A stretch of 43,743 nt of DNA from an uncultured Myxococcales bacterium (GTDB lineage: Bacteria > Myxococcota > UBA4151), in contig CAXGWI010000014.1 of the NCBI GenBank assembly GCA_964013405.1, positions 1 to 43,743 of the forward strand. The letters are read 5' to 3'. Numbering within the stretch: position 1 is the stretch's first letter; every line of letters starts with the position of its first letter. The translations under genes and the position numbers were made by a program. This document shows, in pieces, positions 9,145-19,473 of the stretch. The notes beneath the pieces were generated by a model, which saw nothing but the letters and a program-made list of their open reading frames with translations, was not told the DNA's origin and did not search any database.

Positions 9145-10440
9145 TTGTCTGATTATCTCGTCAATCTAAGCCGAAAGGGCTGGTTTCGGGGCACTGTCCG
9201 AGGCCTAGGCCTACCCATTCCTCTACCAGCTACCCTCAAGCGAGTTGAGGGGCCCTGGGCCGAGCAACCCCTAGAGCACTGCAGCTTTGAATCATGGGGT
9301 GGGAATCTCGACGTCTTGCTCAACGGCCTCGGCGCTTCACCGGCGAGTCACGATGAAGCACTCGGACTCGCCGTCTTCGATGCCCGGGCCCTCAAAACAC
9401 CGATGGATTTAGCTTCATTACATGAATTCTTCAGCCCGCGAATGAAACGGCTGGAATCCTCTGGAAGACTCATCATCATTGGTCATTCGCCAAAGCGTTG
9501 CGACCAACCCGCAAGCCAAGCCACGGCCGGCGCTCTTGCTGGATTTATTCGCAGTTGTGCCAAGGAATTGGGCAAGAGAGGCGTTACCGCCAATCTAATC
9601 TCCTGCGTCGGAAACCCAGATCTGGCACCGCCACTGGCCTTTTTCGGCAGCCCGCGGAGCGCCTTCATCACGGGACAAGTTATCGAATTAGAAGGCGATG
9701 GGCTGGTGACACACGCCTGGTCGAAGGCCCTCCAAGGTCAACGAGCGGTCATCACGGGTGCGGCCCGCGGGATCGGACTTGCCACGGCGGAACGCTTCGT
9801 CAGCGAGGGCGCTGATCTCCTCATGGTCGACCTGGGGGGTGACGACGGCAGCCTGGAACGGGAGGCTGACCGCCTTGGAGCCAAAGCGCTGGCTCTCGAT
9901 ATTACCTCAGAGACTGCCGGTGCGCAGATGCTCGAGGCCCTGGGCGGATCGGTTGATCTGGCTATCCACAATGCAGGTATCACTCGGGATCGCACCCTGG
10001 CGAAGATGTCCGCGGACAACTGGAACCAGGCGGTAGCGGTGAATCTAGGGGCCGTCGAACGCATGCTTGAGACGCTCCCCGTTCAAGACGGTGGCCGGAT
10101 CGTCGTGCTGAGCTCGGTTGCAGGCTTAGCCGGCAACTTTGGGCAAACCAACTATGCCGCAGCCAAAAGCGGGCTCGCCGCCATGGTCAGATACCATGCC
10201 CCTAGCCTTCGCCCACGGGGCATCACCCTCAACGCAATCGCTCCCGGTTTCATCGAAACCCGCCTTACTGCAGCTATTCCGTTTGCCACCCGGGAGGGAG
10301 GGCGCCGGCTCGCTGCATTGGGTCAAGGTGGGCTACCCATCGATGTGGCCGAGGCCATCACCTTCCTCTCTCTCCCCGCCGCCAAGCATATCTCAGGTCA
10401 GGTGCTTCGAGTCTGTGGTGGCAGCTACCTCGGAGCCTAG
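9145..10440 (+). CDS. fabG: High-molecular-weight 3-oxoacyl-ACP/CoA reductase (FabG4-like SDR)
   Basis: N-terminal extension 'LGLPIP..LKR'; SDR motifs TGAARGIG, HNAGITRD, NYAAAK, NAIAPGFIET; C-terminus LRVCGGSYLGA. Confidence 0.9.
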   Translation: MSDYLVNLSRKGWFRGTVRGLGLPIPLPATLKRVEGPWAEQPLEHCSFESWGGNLDVLLNGLGASPASHDEALGLAVFDARALKTPMDLASLHEFFSPRMKRLESSGRLIIIGHSPKRCDQPASQATAGALAGFIRSCAKELGKRGVTANLISCVGNPDLAPPLAFFGSPRSAFITGQVIELEGDGLVTHAWSKALQGQRAVITGAARGIGLATAERFVSEGADLLMVDLGGDDGSLEREADRLGAKALALDITSETAGAQMLEALGGSVDLAIHNAGITRDRTLAKMSADNWNQAVAVNLGAVERMLETLPVQDGGRIVVLSSVAGLAGNFGQTNYAAAKSGLAAMVRYHAPSLRPRGITLNAIAPGFIETRLTAAIPFATREGGRRLAALGQGGLPIDVAEAITFLSLPAAKHISGQVLRVCGGSYLGA

Positions 10441-10445
10441 TGCCC

Positions 10446-11729
10446 ATGTCTGAACGCGCCGTCATCGTCGCCGGGTCAAGAACCCCCTTTGCTCGGGCCT
10501 TCGCCCAGATGCACAAGTTGGATGCTATTCAACTGGCCAATGCTGCTGTGACCGGCTTGCTTGAGCGTACTCAGTTAGAGAAGGACCAAGTCGATGCCGT
10601 CCGTTGGGGAGGTGTTGTCTTGCCTAGTGCAAGTCCCAACATCGCTCGAGAGTTGGCCATTGACCTAGACTTACCGGCGGAGGCTGAGGCCATGACCGTC
10701 ACCCGGGCCTGCGCCAGCGGCCTGCAAGCGGTCGTCGAAGCAGTCGAACTCATCGAGCGCGGCCACGCGGAGGTGGTCATCGCTGGGGGTGGTGATTCAA
10801 GTTCCAACTTCGAGGTCGCTCTTCCACCACATGTCATCCATGCCTTCGCACCATTGGCCCTTGGAAAAGGCTTGGGATTTGGCGGCTGGATGAATGCGCT
10901 AGGGCAATTCGTCCCCCCCTGGAAGGCGCTGCCACGGGCACCCAAAGTCGCTGAGCGCAGCACCGGCGAGGTCATGGGGGAGTCGGCCGAGAAGATGGCG
11001 GCCATCCATGGGATTTCAAGACAGGCGCAAGACGAGTTGGCCCTTTTGAGCCAGCAGAGAGCCGCTGCAGCCTGGGATTCCGGATTCCTTCAAGAGGAAG
11101 TCGTCGGCGTCGAGTTGCCAAACGGCGAACGACTCGAACGGGATACGCTGGTTCGCCCCAACACCAGCGTAGAACGGCTCGCCAAACTCCGCCCGGCTTT
11201 TGCCGAAAATGGCACCTTGACCGCTGGAAACTCTACGGCATTGACGGATGGTGCTGCGGCTGTTTTGCTCATGAGTGAATCGAAAGCCCAGCGTCTAGGC
11301 TATCAGCCATTGGCTGCCTTCAAGAGCTGGTCTTTCGTCGGTGTCGACCCACGGGACCAACTGCTGATCGGCCCTGCACTGGCCATGCCCTTGGCCCTGG
11401 AGCGGGCCGGTCTAACCCTTGACGATATGGACCTCGTCGATATCCATGAGGCCTTCGCCGCAGTGGTTCTCTGCTGCTTGAAGGCCATGGAAAGTGGGGA
11501 CTTCTGCCGAGAACGCCTGGGCCTAACCGAAGCCGTTGGCTCAATCGATTCTGATCGCTTGAATGTCTACGGGGGCAGTATCGCCCTCGGTCACCCCTTC
11601 GCCGCAACCGGCGCAAGGATGGTCACCACGATGGCCAGAGGCTTACACGACGGCGACCGTCAGCATGCTCTGCTTGGCCTATGTGCTGCCGGCGGCCTGG
11701 GGGCCGCCGCCGTCCTAGAGCGCCTCTAA
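10446..11729 (+). CDS. Acetyl-CoA C-acyltransferase (thiolase), FadI/TFE-beta-like
   Basis: RTPF, VTRACASG (catalytic Cys), HEAF, GHPFAATG and LCAAGG motifs. Confidence 0.92.
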   Translation: MSERAVIVAGSRTPFARAFAQMHKLDAIQLANAAVTGLLERTQLEKDQVDAVRWGGVVLPSASPNIARELAIDLDLPAEAEAMTVTRACASGLQAVVEAVELIERGHAEVVIAGGGDSSSNFEVALPPHVIHAFAPLALGKGLGFGGWMNALGQFVPPWKALPRAPKVAERSTGEVMGESAEKMAAIHGISRQAQDELALLSQQRAAAAWDSGFLQEEVVGVELPNGERLERDTLVRPNTSVERLAKLRPAFAENGTLTAGNSTALTDGAAAVLLMSESKAQRLGYQPLAAFKSWSFVGVDPRDQLLIGPALAMPLALERAGLTLDDMDLVDIHEAFAAVVLCCLKAMESGDFCRERLGLTEAVGSIDSDRLNVYGGSIALGHPFAATGARMVTTMARGLHDGDRQHALLGLCAAGGLGAAAVLERL

Positions 11730-11745
11730 GTCTCAACGCTTCGCT

Positions 11746-11777
11746 AAAAAAAACAAACCGGCGGGTTTCCCCGCCGG
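11746..11777 (-). terminator. Intrinsic terminator of the giant gene, possibly bidirectional
   Basis: Hairpin CCGGCGGG-TTTC-CCCGCCGG (11758-11777) flanked by an A-tract at 11746-11757, which is a U-tract on the minus strand. Confidence 0.85.
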
Positions 11778-11805
11778 CTCGCTTTTCTCAACCGGATGCG
11801 AAGAC

Positions 11806-14800
11806 TTAGTCGTCGCAGTAATCAGCCTCGTTGATCGGTCCCAAGGACGGATCCTCAGGATCGGCGTAGTACTCGTTGTACAACACCACCATCCGGCAAC
11901 GGTTTGCCAGATACCGGTTCAAGGCCACATCCACATCACCAGCACGAAGCTCTTCGGTGCCGAGACGATACTGCTCCAGGGCTTCAAGCGCCTCGGGGTT
12001 CTCGTCGTAGCCTTCGAAGGTCACCAACGCATTGATGCTGTGGTAGATGGAGATGTCCAGCATACCGAACACCGAGGCAGCCAACAGGCTACGCCAGGTG
12101 TAGGTCTCAACCAACGCACCCTGCACCTGCCGCAGCTGATGGACGATCTCGACGATGTCCAAGTAGCAGAGGGTAAAGGTACGGTCGTTCAGGTTGTCAC
12201 GAACCAAGCGGTCCATGCAGCCCTGCACTTGGTTGAGGCGACGAATCACAACATCCAACTGATCACCACCCGCGTTGTTCACGTCACGGGCGCTGCGGAT
12301 CTCTTCCTTGATCACCGAGTGGATGATGTTGTTCAGCGCATAGACAAGGTCACGAAGTTCGCCATCCTCGATGGGATCTTCGCTCTCGTCCGCCGCCACG
12401 GTCCGCTCCGTCACCCGTTGCAGGTGGTCGTAGCGCAACTCGTAGAGCGCCGCCGCATCGTTGTACGCGTCCGCTGCACGGTCCGCCTGGGTCCGACCAT
12501 AGGCCTGGGCACGGGCATCGGCCAGCGTCGCACGGGCATCAGCCAAGGTCTCATCCCACCAGGCCGGGATCTGATCTTCGTTCGGATCCTGACCCTCTGG
12601 CGGATTGAGCAGGCCTTCTTGCTCGTCCAGATACAGCTGCATCTGACCGATCATCGCCTGGGAAATGTCCGTCTCAAGGATGCGGAAGTAGCTCGGTGCA
12701 TCGTTACGACGGGCACGACTCAAAGCCACCACACCACGCTCGGAGCGGCGGAAGCTCGGACCCCACTGAATCTGGCGCCGGCTAAAGTCAGGGCCGATGC
12801 CCTCACCCGTCCGAGCTTCCCAGTAGGACAAGGCCACCTCGAGATGGCTCTTCGCTTCGTCAAGATCCGTCTGATACTCCTCGTCGGCCGCATCCAACAG
12901 CGCCGTCTCGATCCGGTTCGCAACATCCGTCAGCGCACGCTTGTAGTCACGCAGCAGGAAGTAGCGATCATCGATCGTCCGGTTACCAGCGAAGTCCAGA
13001 ATCTCGATCCGCAGCACGTGCTGACGCACCTGGTCACGGTCGAAGGTCCGAAGCTTCGTCAAGTCGAGGTGTGCACGTCCGTCCACCATCATGCAGGGAA
13101 CAGCACCCTCACGGCACGTGAAGTCGGTGACCTCCGCCGGACCATGGATCAGACGACCCGAGCCCGCGATCGTGCGCTGCATCAACACCAACTCACGACC
13201 CCACTCACTGGCTTCCTCACCACCCTGACCCGGGTTCAACATCACTCGAATGAAGCGCACGCCAGAACGGTCATCGCTCACGGTCATGTTGCCCAGATCA
13301 AGCTTGTTACCCACAAAGAGGCGAGGCCAGGTGTCCACATTTTCTGGATCCACACTCGCCTGGTCCAAAGCCTCCATGTCGTGCTCCGGAAGGATCGTGT
13401 CCTTACCGAAGGTCAGGTTCGGTACCAGGGCGAACTCGTCGCAGTGCCACAACTGAACGTTCGTGCCCAAGTAGTCACCGTCACTGGTATAGGAACCGAT
13501 GAACTCACCTTCGCCACCATCATCCACTTGATCCGGCTCCGGCAGCCAGACGCTGCGAGCCGCATTGCGAGGATCATTGCACTCGTCGCTGAAGCGAGTC
13601 AGTCGTGCACGCACCGTCACGTTTCCATTGACGTAGGTGCCCATCTCGACCGCACGACCACCCACCGTGATGGTGTGCTCCGCAGCCAAGGTCGGACGCC
13701 GAACTTCAACACGCTGAATCGCCTCACGGCAGTTCTGCGCCGGATCGCAACCCGTCCAGGTCACATCGTGGACAATGATGCTGCCCTCAACACGACCGCC
13801 AGGACCAGGAATCCGAGTCCCCTGGGCATCCGAAGTCGCCCAGCAGTAGTCGTCACCCTTGTCAGGCGCCACCGTCAGCTCGTGGGGGAAGTACGAGTTA
13901 TCCTCGATCCGAGGACGGGGAATGTATGACGTCACACAGTCGCTCTCGTCATCACCCACAACCAAGGTCGGCAGCGGACTAAACGTCGGCGCTGTCGTAT
14001 CTTGGATCGTCACCTCATACGTGCCCACCGTGCTGTTACCGGAGTTATCCCGCAACAACACACGCACGGTGTGGTTCCCCACCCCGCCCGGGTTGCTGGA
14101 ACGCTGGTAGACCACGTCAGCGGCAGGCAACCAATCGCCTTCGCCGTCTTGTCGACTCGTCTGCGTCACCGCCAACTCAGCATCACAGGCATCCCAGCCA
14201 CGGAACTGGGTCCCGTTGGCCGTCTCACCATGCAAGCTCTTCGGCGTGATCTGCGTCCCTTGAGGACTCGTCGCTTCCACCACCAAGGGCGGACCCGCTG
14301 CAAACGTCGGACGGGTCGTGTCTCGAACATCCACACGCTGCAGACCCGAATAGCCCACATTGCCCGCACTGTCCGAAGCACGCCAACGCACATGGTGCGT
14401 ACCCAACTGCAAGGCGACGCCATCCACAGGAATATCACCCCGACCGATCACCTCAGGTGTGGCGATGTTCGTGGCGCTCATCCGCTTGTCCACAAGGTCT
14501 CGAACCTCTGGAAGACCCAGGTTCGCCTTGTTCACAACCGTACCCTGCAGATTCTCCTGTTCCAGAATCACGTAGGCAGGTGCCGTGACCGTCGGCGGCG
14601 TCTTGTCGAAGACGAAGCTCTGGCTCGGACCCGTCACCACCGTCCGGTAAGGTGCACCACGGGGATACTCCGTCACCGCACGCCAGCAGTAGTGCATACC
14701 GTCGACCAGGTTGCTCAGCGTCAGACGATGGCTGTCCATCGCTTGGTTCGCCGAGTTGATCGCCGACCAGCCACCACCGTCACAGCCGCCATTCGCATAG

Positions 14801-17800
14801 CGGCCAGCAGCCTTGTACTGGACCTGACCAAAGGCACCCGGCGTGCTGTTAAACACCACCGTCGCCGCATTCCGAGCCTTGTCGATGTTCGCCACCGATT
14901 CGCCCGAAGTGAAGGGGAACCGGCGCAGCTGCCAGCCCGTCTCCACCGAGCCCGCCAAGTTCTCAAGGCGGATGTTCACGGTGTAGTCACGACCCGCCGT
15001 CAACTGGGCCGACGGATAGATCCGCTGACCACTACCGTTGACGCCGATGCTCTCCAGGTTCTCCGTACCGATGGCCTGGTTGCCGTGACGCAAGGTCATC
15101 GTCGCCTGCACATCCGTGTTCGGTGTCACGTTCCAGCGCAAGTTACCGCCGGTACCGTTGACCACGAAGGGACCTTCGACAGCCAACTTGTCCACCAGCA
15201 TGTTCCGGTCCGTACGGCCAAACTCATCAGCCTCACCGGCCCAGTCGTTCATTAGCTCAGCGCGATACGTGTGCTCACCCGCGGCCAGTTGAACCGTCGT
15301 TTGATACCACTGCATCTCACCCCAGCCGTCACCCACAATCCGGCTGTTCTCACCCACTTGGTTCCCGTCGATCAGGAAACCAGCTTCGAGAAGATCAGAG
15401 CCTGCCTGCTGGGCACCCAAACGAGCGCTCAGAATGTAGGTGCCAGCCTCAGAGGCTGTGAAGGTGGCTTCGGAGCCACCGCCATTACGACAGTGATTGA
15501 CACCATCGCCACTCGGTCCACAGGTCCCAGCGCCGGCGGCGGGCAGGCTCTCGGCCTCCCACACCGTACGACTGGCATTCACACGCACGCTGATGCGGGC
15601 GTCGTAACCCAGAATACGGGGGATCAACTGCAGGACAGGGGTGTTGAGACCCTTGACCGCAACACCGGCCGTGTTCTCGGCCTCCATCCGGATGCAGTAG
15701 GCATGACCACGAACCAGGTTATCGAAAGTCTGGTTGAAGTCCGTCGCCTTCTGCGGCGTCGCCAGGTTGCGCAGGTAGAAACCACCGGAGCAATTGTTAC
15801 CATTGCCACCACGGAACAGCTTCGCCCGCAGGAACGCACGTTCCGTCGAGGTGAAGCGGACCTGCACCGTCGCATTGCGCTGATCCAAGCTCACACTCGG
15901 ACCCGTGATCCGCGGGAGATACTCTTCGTAAGCCGGGTTCCGATACAGCACCTTGCCGTCCTGACCACCCGCAGCGGGCAGCAGGTTGTTCGACAGCGGC
16001 ACGTATTGGTTATTGGAGCTCATGCCGATCTTCACCCGACCACCACCAGAGAACTGGGCGTAGTGGGCATCACGACCCGCACGGTGCTGAGCGCCGTAAC
16101 GGAACTCAACCCGGTTCAAGCCACGGTACAACACAGCTTGCACATCCACAGAGTGCGGATCACGGCCACGCTCACGACAATCCCAGGTGATCACGAAGCG
16201 CTCCGGCGGCGCCGTCAGACGCTTCCAGTACACACCATCGCAGTAGAGGTTGGCGAACAGCGGCGCCACCAAATGGGGACGGTCACCGGCTGCACCCCAA
16301 GCCGCAGGCACGGGGTCACTGTCCACATTGTTGTCGCCGAAACTGAACCAACCGTTGGTACTGATCGCCACTCGGTTCTGGTAACGACCGAAGTAGATGA
16401 AATCGAAGCCGAGGGCCACCGAAGCGGTCGCATCGTCCCGATCACGCATACGACCCGGGTTCAGATCGGTGATCTCATCCCAGACCCGCTCGCTGGTCAT
16501 GTTCGCCGTGTAACCCGCACCCGTAACCGTTGTCGGCAGACCAGCCACACTGGCGGCCCGAGCCGTGTTCAGCACCCCGTTATGGGCCACCACCTTGACG
16601 CAATGCTGCGTCCGGCGACGGACCCTGGAGGCCATCCAATCGATGCGGTCACGATGGTAACCCGAATCACTGTTCGTGACTCGAGCCACCTGTTGACCGC
16701 TACAACTGTTACCGTCGACAGCACCACGGAACAGCATAGCTTCCCAGCGCTCCGTATCACCCACTCGGGCGTAGGCGTGCACCGCACCACCCGCAGCCAC
16801 ACCGGTGACCGCGAAATTCTGCACCGTTGGCACCCTCAGGATGTTCGGTGACATCTCGGAGTGGCGGGCGTAGACCCGCGGTGGATTCACACCCACAGCC
16901 TTCAGGTAAATATAGACACAATAACGGTAACCACGGCTGACACGGAACTCCCAGTCGATGGACCGAGACTGCCCGAAGCCACGGCTCGCTTCCACGCCCT
17001 GGTGGTTGTTACAGACGTTGTTCTGCGCTGCACCACCACGATACAGTGTGACCACACTCTCCGCCTGGTAGGTCCAGTCGGAACGAACCCGCAACACCGC
17101 CCGCCGTTGATCCGCAGTGACGTTCACGCTGCTGAAGCGAGGCACCAGCAGCTGACCGTAGCGGAAGATTCGACGCTGTCGACCGAGACGAACCTCGGCG
17201 CAGTAGTTGTAGCCACGGACGATGCCGCCCACGTTGCGCTGATTCCAAGTGCGCGAGTCGCCGGTTCCGTTCCAGGGAATGTTGTAGCGATAGAGTCGGG
17301 CCGAGCGACAGTCGTTATCCCGATAGAAACTCAGATACGAAGCGTCGCCCGCGTTCCCGTGCCAGTCCGCGTTGATGTAGAACTCACCATTGTTCTGGTT
17401 GATGCTGCCTGTAAACGTTGACCAGCCCGCATTCGGTGCGGTCGTCGAATCGGCAGCTTGTCGATTACCACCGTCCCGTGTCGAGACCTGCAAACAGTAG
17501 AACTCGCCCCGCTGGATCTTATGCCAGCTACGGGAGTTGGTGTAGTTGAAGTAGTGGCGAGATGCCGCCCCTCGATCCCAAGGACCATGGACCTTTGTGC
17601 CATTACGACAGCTGCTGCCCGAACGATAACCACCCCGATAGAGATAGGCTCGGATCGGTGCCGAACTTGATAGATGAACATCCGCGGCGAACTGCGGCGT
17701 ATGCACGTGGCTTGTTCTTAAATCGATGCTCGTGATCGTCGCCCAACCCACATGAGGCGTCATCTTCGCCCACCAACGACGGGCCTGGTTACGATGGCGA

Positions 17801-19386
17801 CCATTACGGTTGTTATAGACTTCTACGCAGTACTTATAGCCGCGCGGCAGGTTGGTAAAATGAGCGCGCCAGTTACGACTCATTCCGTTGAAGTTCACGA
17901 TCCGGTAGGCCCCCCCCGTGCCATTGCCAAAGGGAGAGTGGTACTGGTGGCAGTGATTACCATGCCAAATCCCACCGTGCCTATGGTTGGTGTTGCCGCC
18001 CCGGAAGAGCTTGATCCAACCCACTGCAGGCCTGTCGTAATCCATATTCACCGTCACGTTTGCCCGGGCCTGATCAACGCTGATCGTCGGATGACCGCCC
18101 TGTGCACTGGCAACCCTTGGCCAGCCATTGGTGCCACCGCCACCGAGACCGTTATCTAGCGTCACGTACCAACAGTAAGGCTTGGCACCGTAGTAATCGG
18201 AGTACCACGCGTCGTTGTTTCGAATCCAATCCGCACCACCGACACGGATGTCAAAACTACGCCCACCGCCGACGCGCCAGCGGCCCTTATAACCACTGGT
18301 ATAACGGCAGCGGCGTTGACCATTGCCACCGGAGTTGTACGACTGACCGCCACGGTACACGTACACCCAGCCGGAGGAGCTGGTGCTGTAGGAACCCCAC
18401 ATGCGGAGCCTTGCACTGTTGTCATCCCACGAGCTGTGGGGCCCGCTGGTCCAGCGCGGCAGCTCGGTGAAGCGGTAGTGATAACGGTAGTTACCGGTCT
18501 GACCGTGGGCGTAAGAGTGCGAGCGAGCATAGAAGTAGGTCGCTCCACCCCAGTGGGTCCGCACGATTCGAGAACAGAGCCCACCACCGCCGTCATCGTT
18601 ACGTACGAGGTGACCGCCGCCCGAATTGTAGAGGTGCAGATAGGTGTCAGGACGACAACTGTTTGAGTTGTTATTACCCTTCGTCCAAATCTCTAAGCGA
18701 CCCGATGTCGGGACTCGAATCTGAACATAATCTTCATCGCCGTTGTGGTGATAGTTGTGGGCCTCGTCGGAACGGGGATGACCGAAGCGACGGCTCCGGT
18801 TGCGGGCCTGGGTCCAACTGTTGTCCGGCTCGTAACGGTCCGGACTGATGTTGGGCGGATAGTTCATATACCACTGGTAATAGCCCGTCTTACAGGTGGT
18901 CCAACCGAACCACCACCAGCCCCAGCGATAACAATAAGGATAGTTTCGAAAGAAGAATCTACCGCCGCCGACATGACGGCTGATGTGGGGCATGGCGGCG
19001 CAGGAGTTGTCGTTGTAGCCCAGTTGCCGACCGTGTCGGTCGTACATCCACATGATGGGGTCCGGATCCCAGGAGCACCAGTGCCACCAGTTCCGGTCAT
19101 AGCTCCAAGCATGTCCAGGACCGGAGTCGAAATAACTGTAATCGTTGTCGTACCAGTCAAGATAGTGGAACTGCCACTGCCCCCGACCGTGCCGACGCCC
19201 ATAACGCTCCGCTTGCCAGCGGTCGTTGTTCGGCTCATAGGCCCAGCGCCACTGGTGCGTCGCATTCGCGTCGGTCGCGGAGAAAAGCAGCGCCCCCGCC
19301 AGAATAGGCGCGGTCACGCTAAGCAGCGGGAAGAGACTTCCAACCGCAGCCGCCACCGAACCGATCGTTTTCGACATTCTCATCAC
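11806..19386 (-). CDS. Giant secreted multidomain adhesin-like protein (2 PPC-like domains, about 8 Cys-paired FN3-like repeats, NIDO-like, CBM-like and HYR-like domains, acidic helical C-terminus)
   Basis: 2526-aa ORF, AGGAGGT SD, signal peptide ending ANA. PPC-like 'YEPDNS..DEDY..DTYLHLY..NDD'; NIDO-like 'DDATASVALGFDFIYFG..ISTNGWFSF'; HYR-like 'DKTPPTVTAP', 'DTTRPTF', 'DTTAPTF'. Confidence 0.85.
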   Translation of the reverse strand: MMRMSKTIGSVAAAVGSLFPLLSVTAPILAGALLFSATDANATHQWRWAYEPNNDRWQAERYGRRHGRGQWQFHYLDWYDNDYSYFDSGPGHAWSYDRNWWHWCSWDPDPIMWMYDRHGRQLGYNDNSCAAMPHISRHVGGGRFFFRNYPYCYRWGWWWFGWTTCKTGYYQWYMNYPPNISPDRYEPDNSWTQARNRSRRFGHPRSDEAHNYHHNGDEDYVQIRVPTSGRLEIWTKGNNNSNSCRPDTYLHLYNSGGGHLVRNDDGGGGLCSRIVRTHWGGATYFYARSHSYAHGQTGNYRYHYRFTELPRWTSGPHSSWDDNSARLRMWGSYSTSSSGWVYVYRGGQSYNSGGNGQRRCRYTSGYKGRWRVGGGRSFDIRVGGADWIRNNDAWYSDYYGAKPYCWYVTLDNGLGGGGTNGWPRVASAQGGHPTISVDQARANVTVNMDYDRPAVGWIKLFRGGNTNHRHGGIWHGNHCHQYHSPFGNGTGGAYRIVNFNGMSRNWRAHFTNLPRGYKYCVEVYNNRNGRHRNQARRWWAKMTPHVGWATITSIDLRTSHVHTPQFAADVHLSSSAPIRAYLYRGGYRSGSSCRNGTKVHGPWDRGAASRHYFNYTNSRSWHKIQRGEFYCLQVSTRDGGNRQAADSTTAPNAGWSTFTGSINQNNGEFYINADWHGNAGDASYLSFYRDNDCRSARLYRYNIPWNGTGDSRTWNQRNVGGIVRGYNYCAEVRLGRQRRIFRYGQLLVPRFSSVNVTADQRRAVLRVRSDWTYQAESVVTLYRGGAAQNNVCNNHQGVEASRGFGQSRSIDWEFRVSRGYRYCVYIYLKAVGVNPPRVYARHSEMSPNILRVPTVQNFAVTGVAAGGAVHAYARVGDTERWEAMLFRGAVDGNSCSGQQVARVTNSDSGYHRDRIDWMASRVRRRTQHCVKVVAHNGVLNTARAASVAGLPTTVTGAGYTANMTSERVWDEITDLNPGRMRDRDDATASVALGFDFIYFGRYQNRVAISTNGWFSFGDNNVDSDPVPAAWGAAGDRPHLVAPLFANLYCDGVYWKRLTAPPERFVITWDCRERGRDPHSVDVQAVLYRGLNRVEFRYGAQHRAGRDAHYAQFSGGGRVKIGMSSNNQYVPLSNNLLPAAGGQDGKVLYRNPAYEEYLPRITGPSVSLDQRNATVQVRFTSTERAFLRAKLFRGGNGNNCSGGFYLRNLATPQKATDFNQTFDNLVRGHAYCIRMEAENTAGVAVKGLNTPVLQLIPRILGYDARISVRVNASRTVWEAESLPAAGAGTCGPSGDGVNHCRNGGGSEATFTASEAGTYILSARLGAQQAGSDLLEAGFLIDGNQVGENSRIVGDGWGEMQWYQTTVQLAAGEHTYRAELMNDWAGEADEFGRTDRNMLVDKLAVEGPFVVNGTGGNLRWNVTPNTDVQATMTLRHGNQAIGTENLESIGVNGSGQRIYPSAQLTAGRDYTVNIRLENLAGSVETGWQLRRFPFTSGESVANIDKARNAATVVFNSTPGAFGQVQYKAAGRYANGGCDGGGWSAINSANQAMDSHRLTLSNLVDGMHYCWRAVTEYPRGAPYRTVVTGPSQSFVFDKTPPTVTAPAYVILEQENLQGTVVNKANLGLPEVRDLVDKRMSATNIATPEVIGRGDIPVDGVALQLGTHHVRWRASDSAGNVGYSGLQRVDVRDTTRPTFAAGPPLVVEATSPQGTQITPKSLHGETANGTQFRGWDACDAELAVTQTSRQDGEGDWLPAADVVYQRSSNPGGVGNHTVRVLLRDNSGNSTVGTYEVTIQDTTAPTFSPLPTLVVGDDESDCVTSYIPRPRIEDNSYFPHELTVAPDKGDDYCWATSDAQGTRIPGPGGRVEGSIIVHDVTWTGCDPAQNCREAIQRVEVRRPTLAAEHTITVGGRAVEMGTYVNGNVTVRARLTRFSDECNDPRNAARSVWLPEPDQVDDGGEGEFIGSYTSDGDYLGTNVQLWHCDEFALVPNLTFGKDTILPEHDMEALDQASVDPENVDTWPRLFVGNKLDLGNMTVSDDRSGVRFIRVMLNPGQGGEEASEWGRELVLMQRTIAGSGRLIHGPAEVTDFTCREGAVPCMMVDGRAHLDLTKLRTFDRDQVRQHVLRIEILDFAGNRTIDDRYFLLRDYKRALTDVANRIETALLDAADEEYQTDLDEAKSHLEVALSYWEARTGEGIGPDFSRRQIQWGPSFRRSERGVVALSRARRNDAPSYFRILETDISQAMIGQMQLYLDEQEGLLNPPEGQDPNEDQIPAWWDETLADARATLADARAQAYGRTQADRAADAYNDAAALYELRYDHLQRVTERTVAADESEDPIEDGELRDLVYALNNIIHSVIKEEIRSARDVNNAGGDQLDVVIRRLNQVQGCMDRLVRDNLNDRTFTLCYLDIVEIVHQLRQVQGALVETYTWRSLLAASVFGMLDISIYHSINALVTFEGYDENPEALEALEQYRLGTEELRAGDVDVALNRYLANRCRMVVLYNEYYADPEDPSLGPINEADYCDD

Positions 19387-19457
19387 AACTACCTCCTGCT
19401 GTCGCTTCCGGACCGGGGCGACATCAAATTCTACACATCCTAAACGCCACAGGATTA

Positions 19458-19473
19458 TGCACGATTTATGCCA
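19458..19473 (-). promoter_or_regulatory. Sigma54 (-24/-12) promoter for the giant gene
   Basis: Minus strand TGGCATAAATCGTGCA, with GG-N10-GC spacing, about 70 nt upstream of the start codon. Confidence 0.7.

Noticed and set aside
12040..16851. Long plus-strand ORFs (629, 417 and 526 aa) opposite the giant gene
   Set aside because: Antisense shadows expected from strong codon bias; H/R/V-rich with no recognisable motifs.
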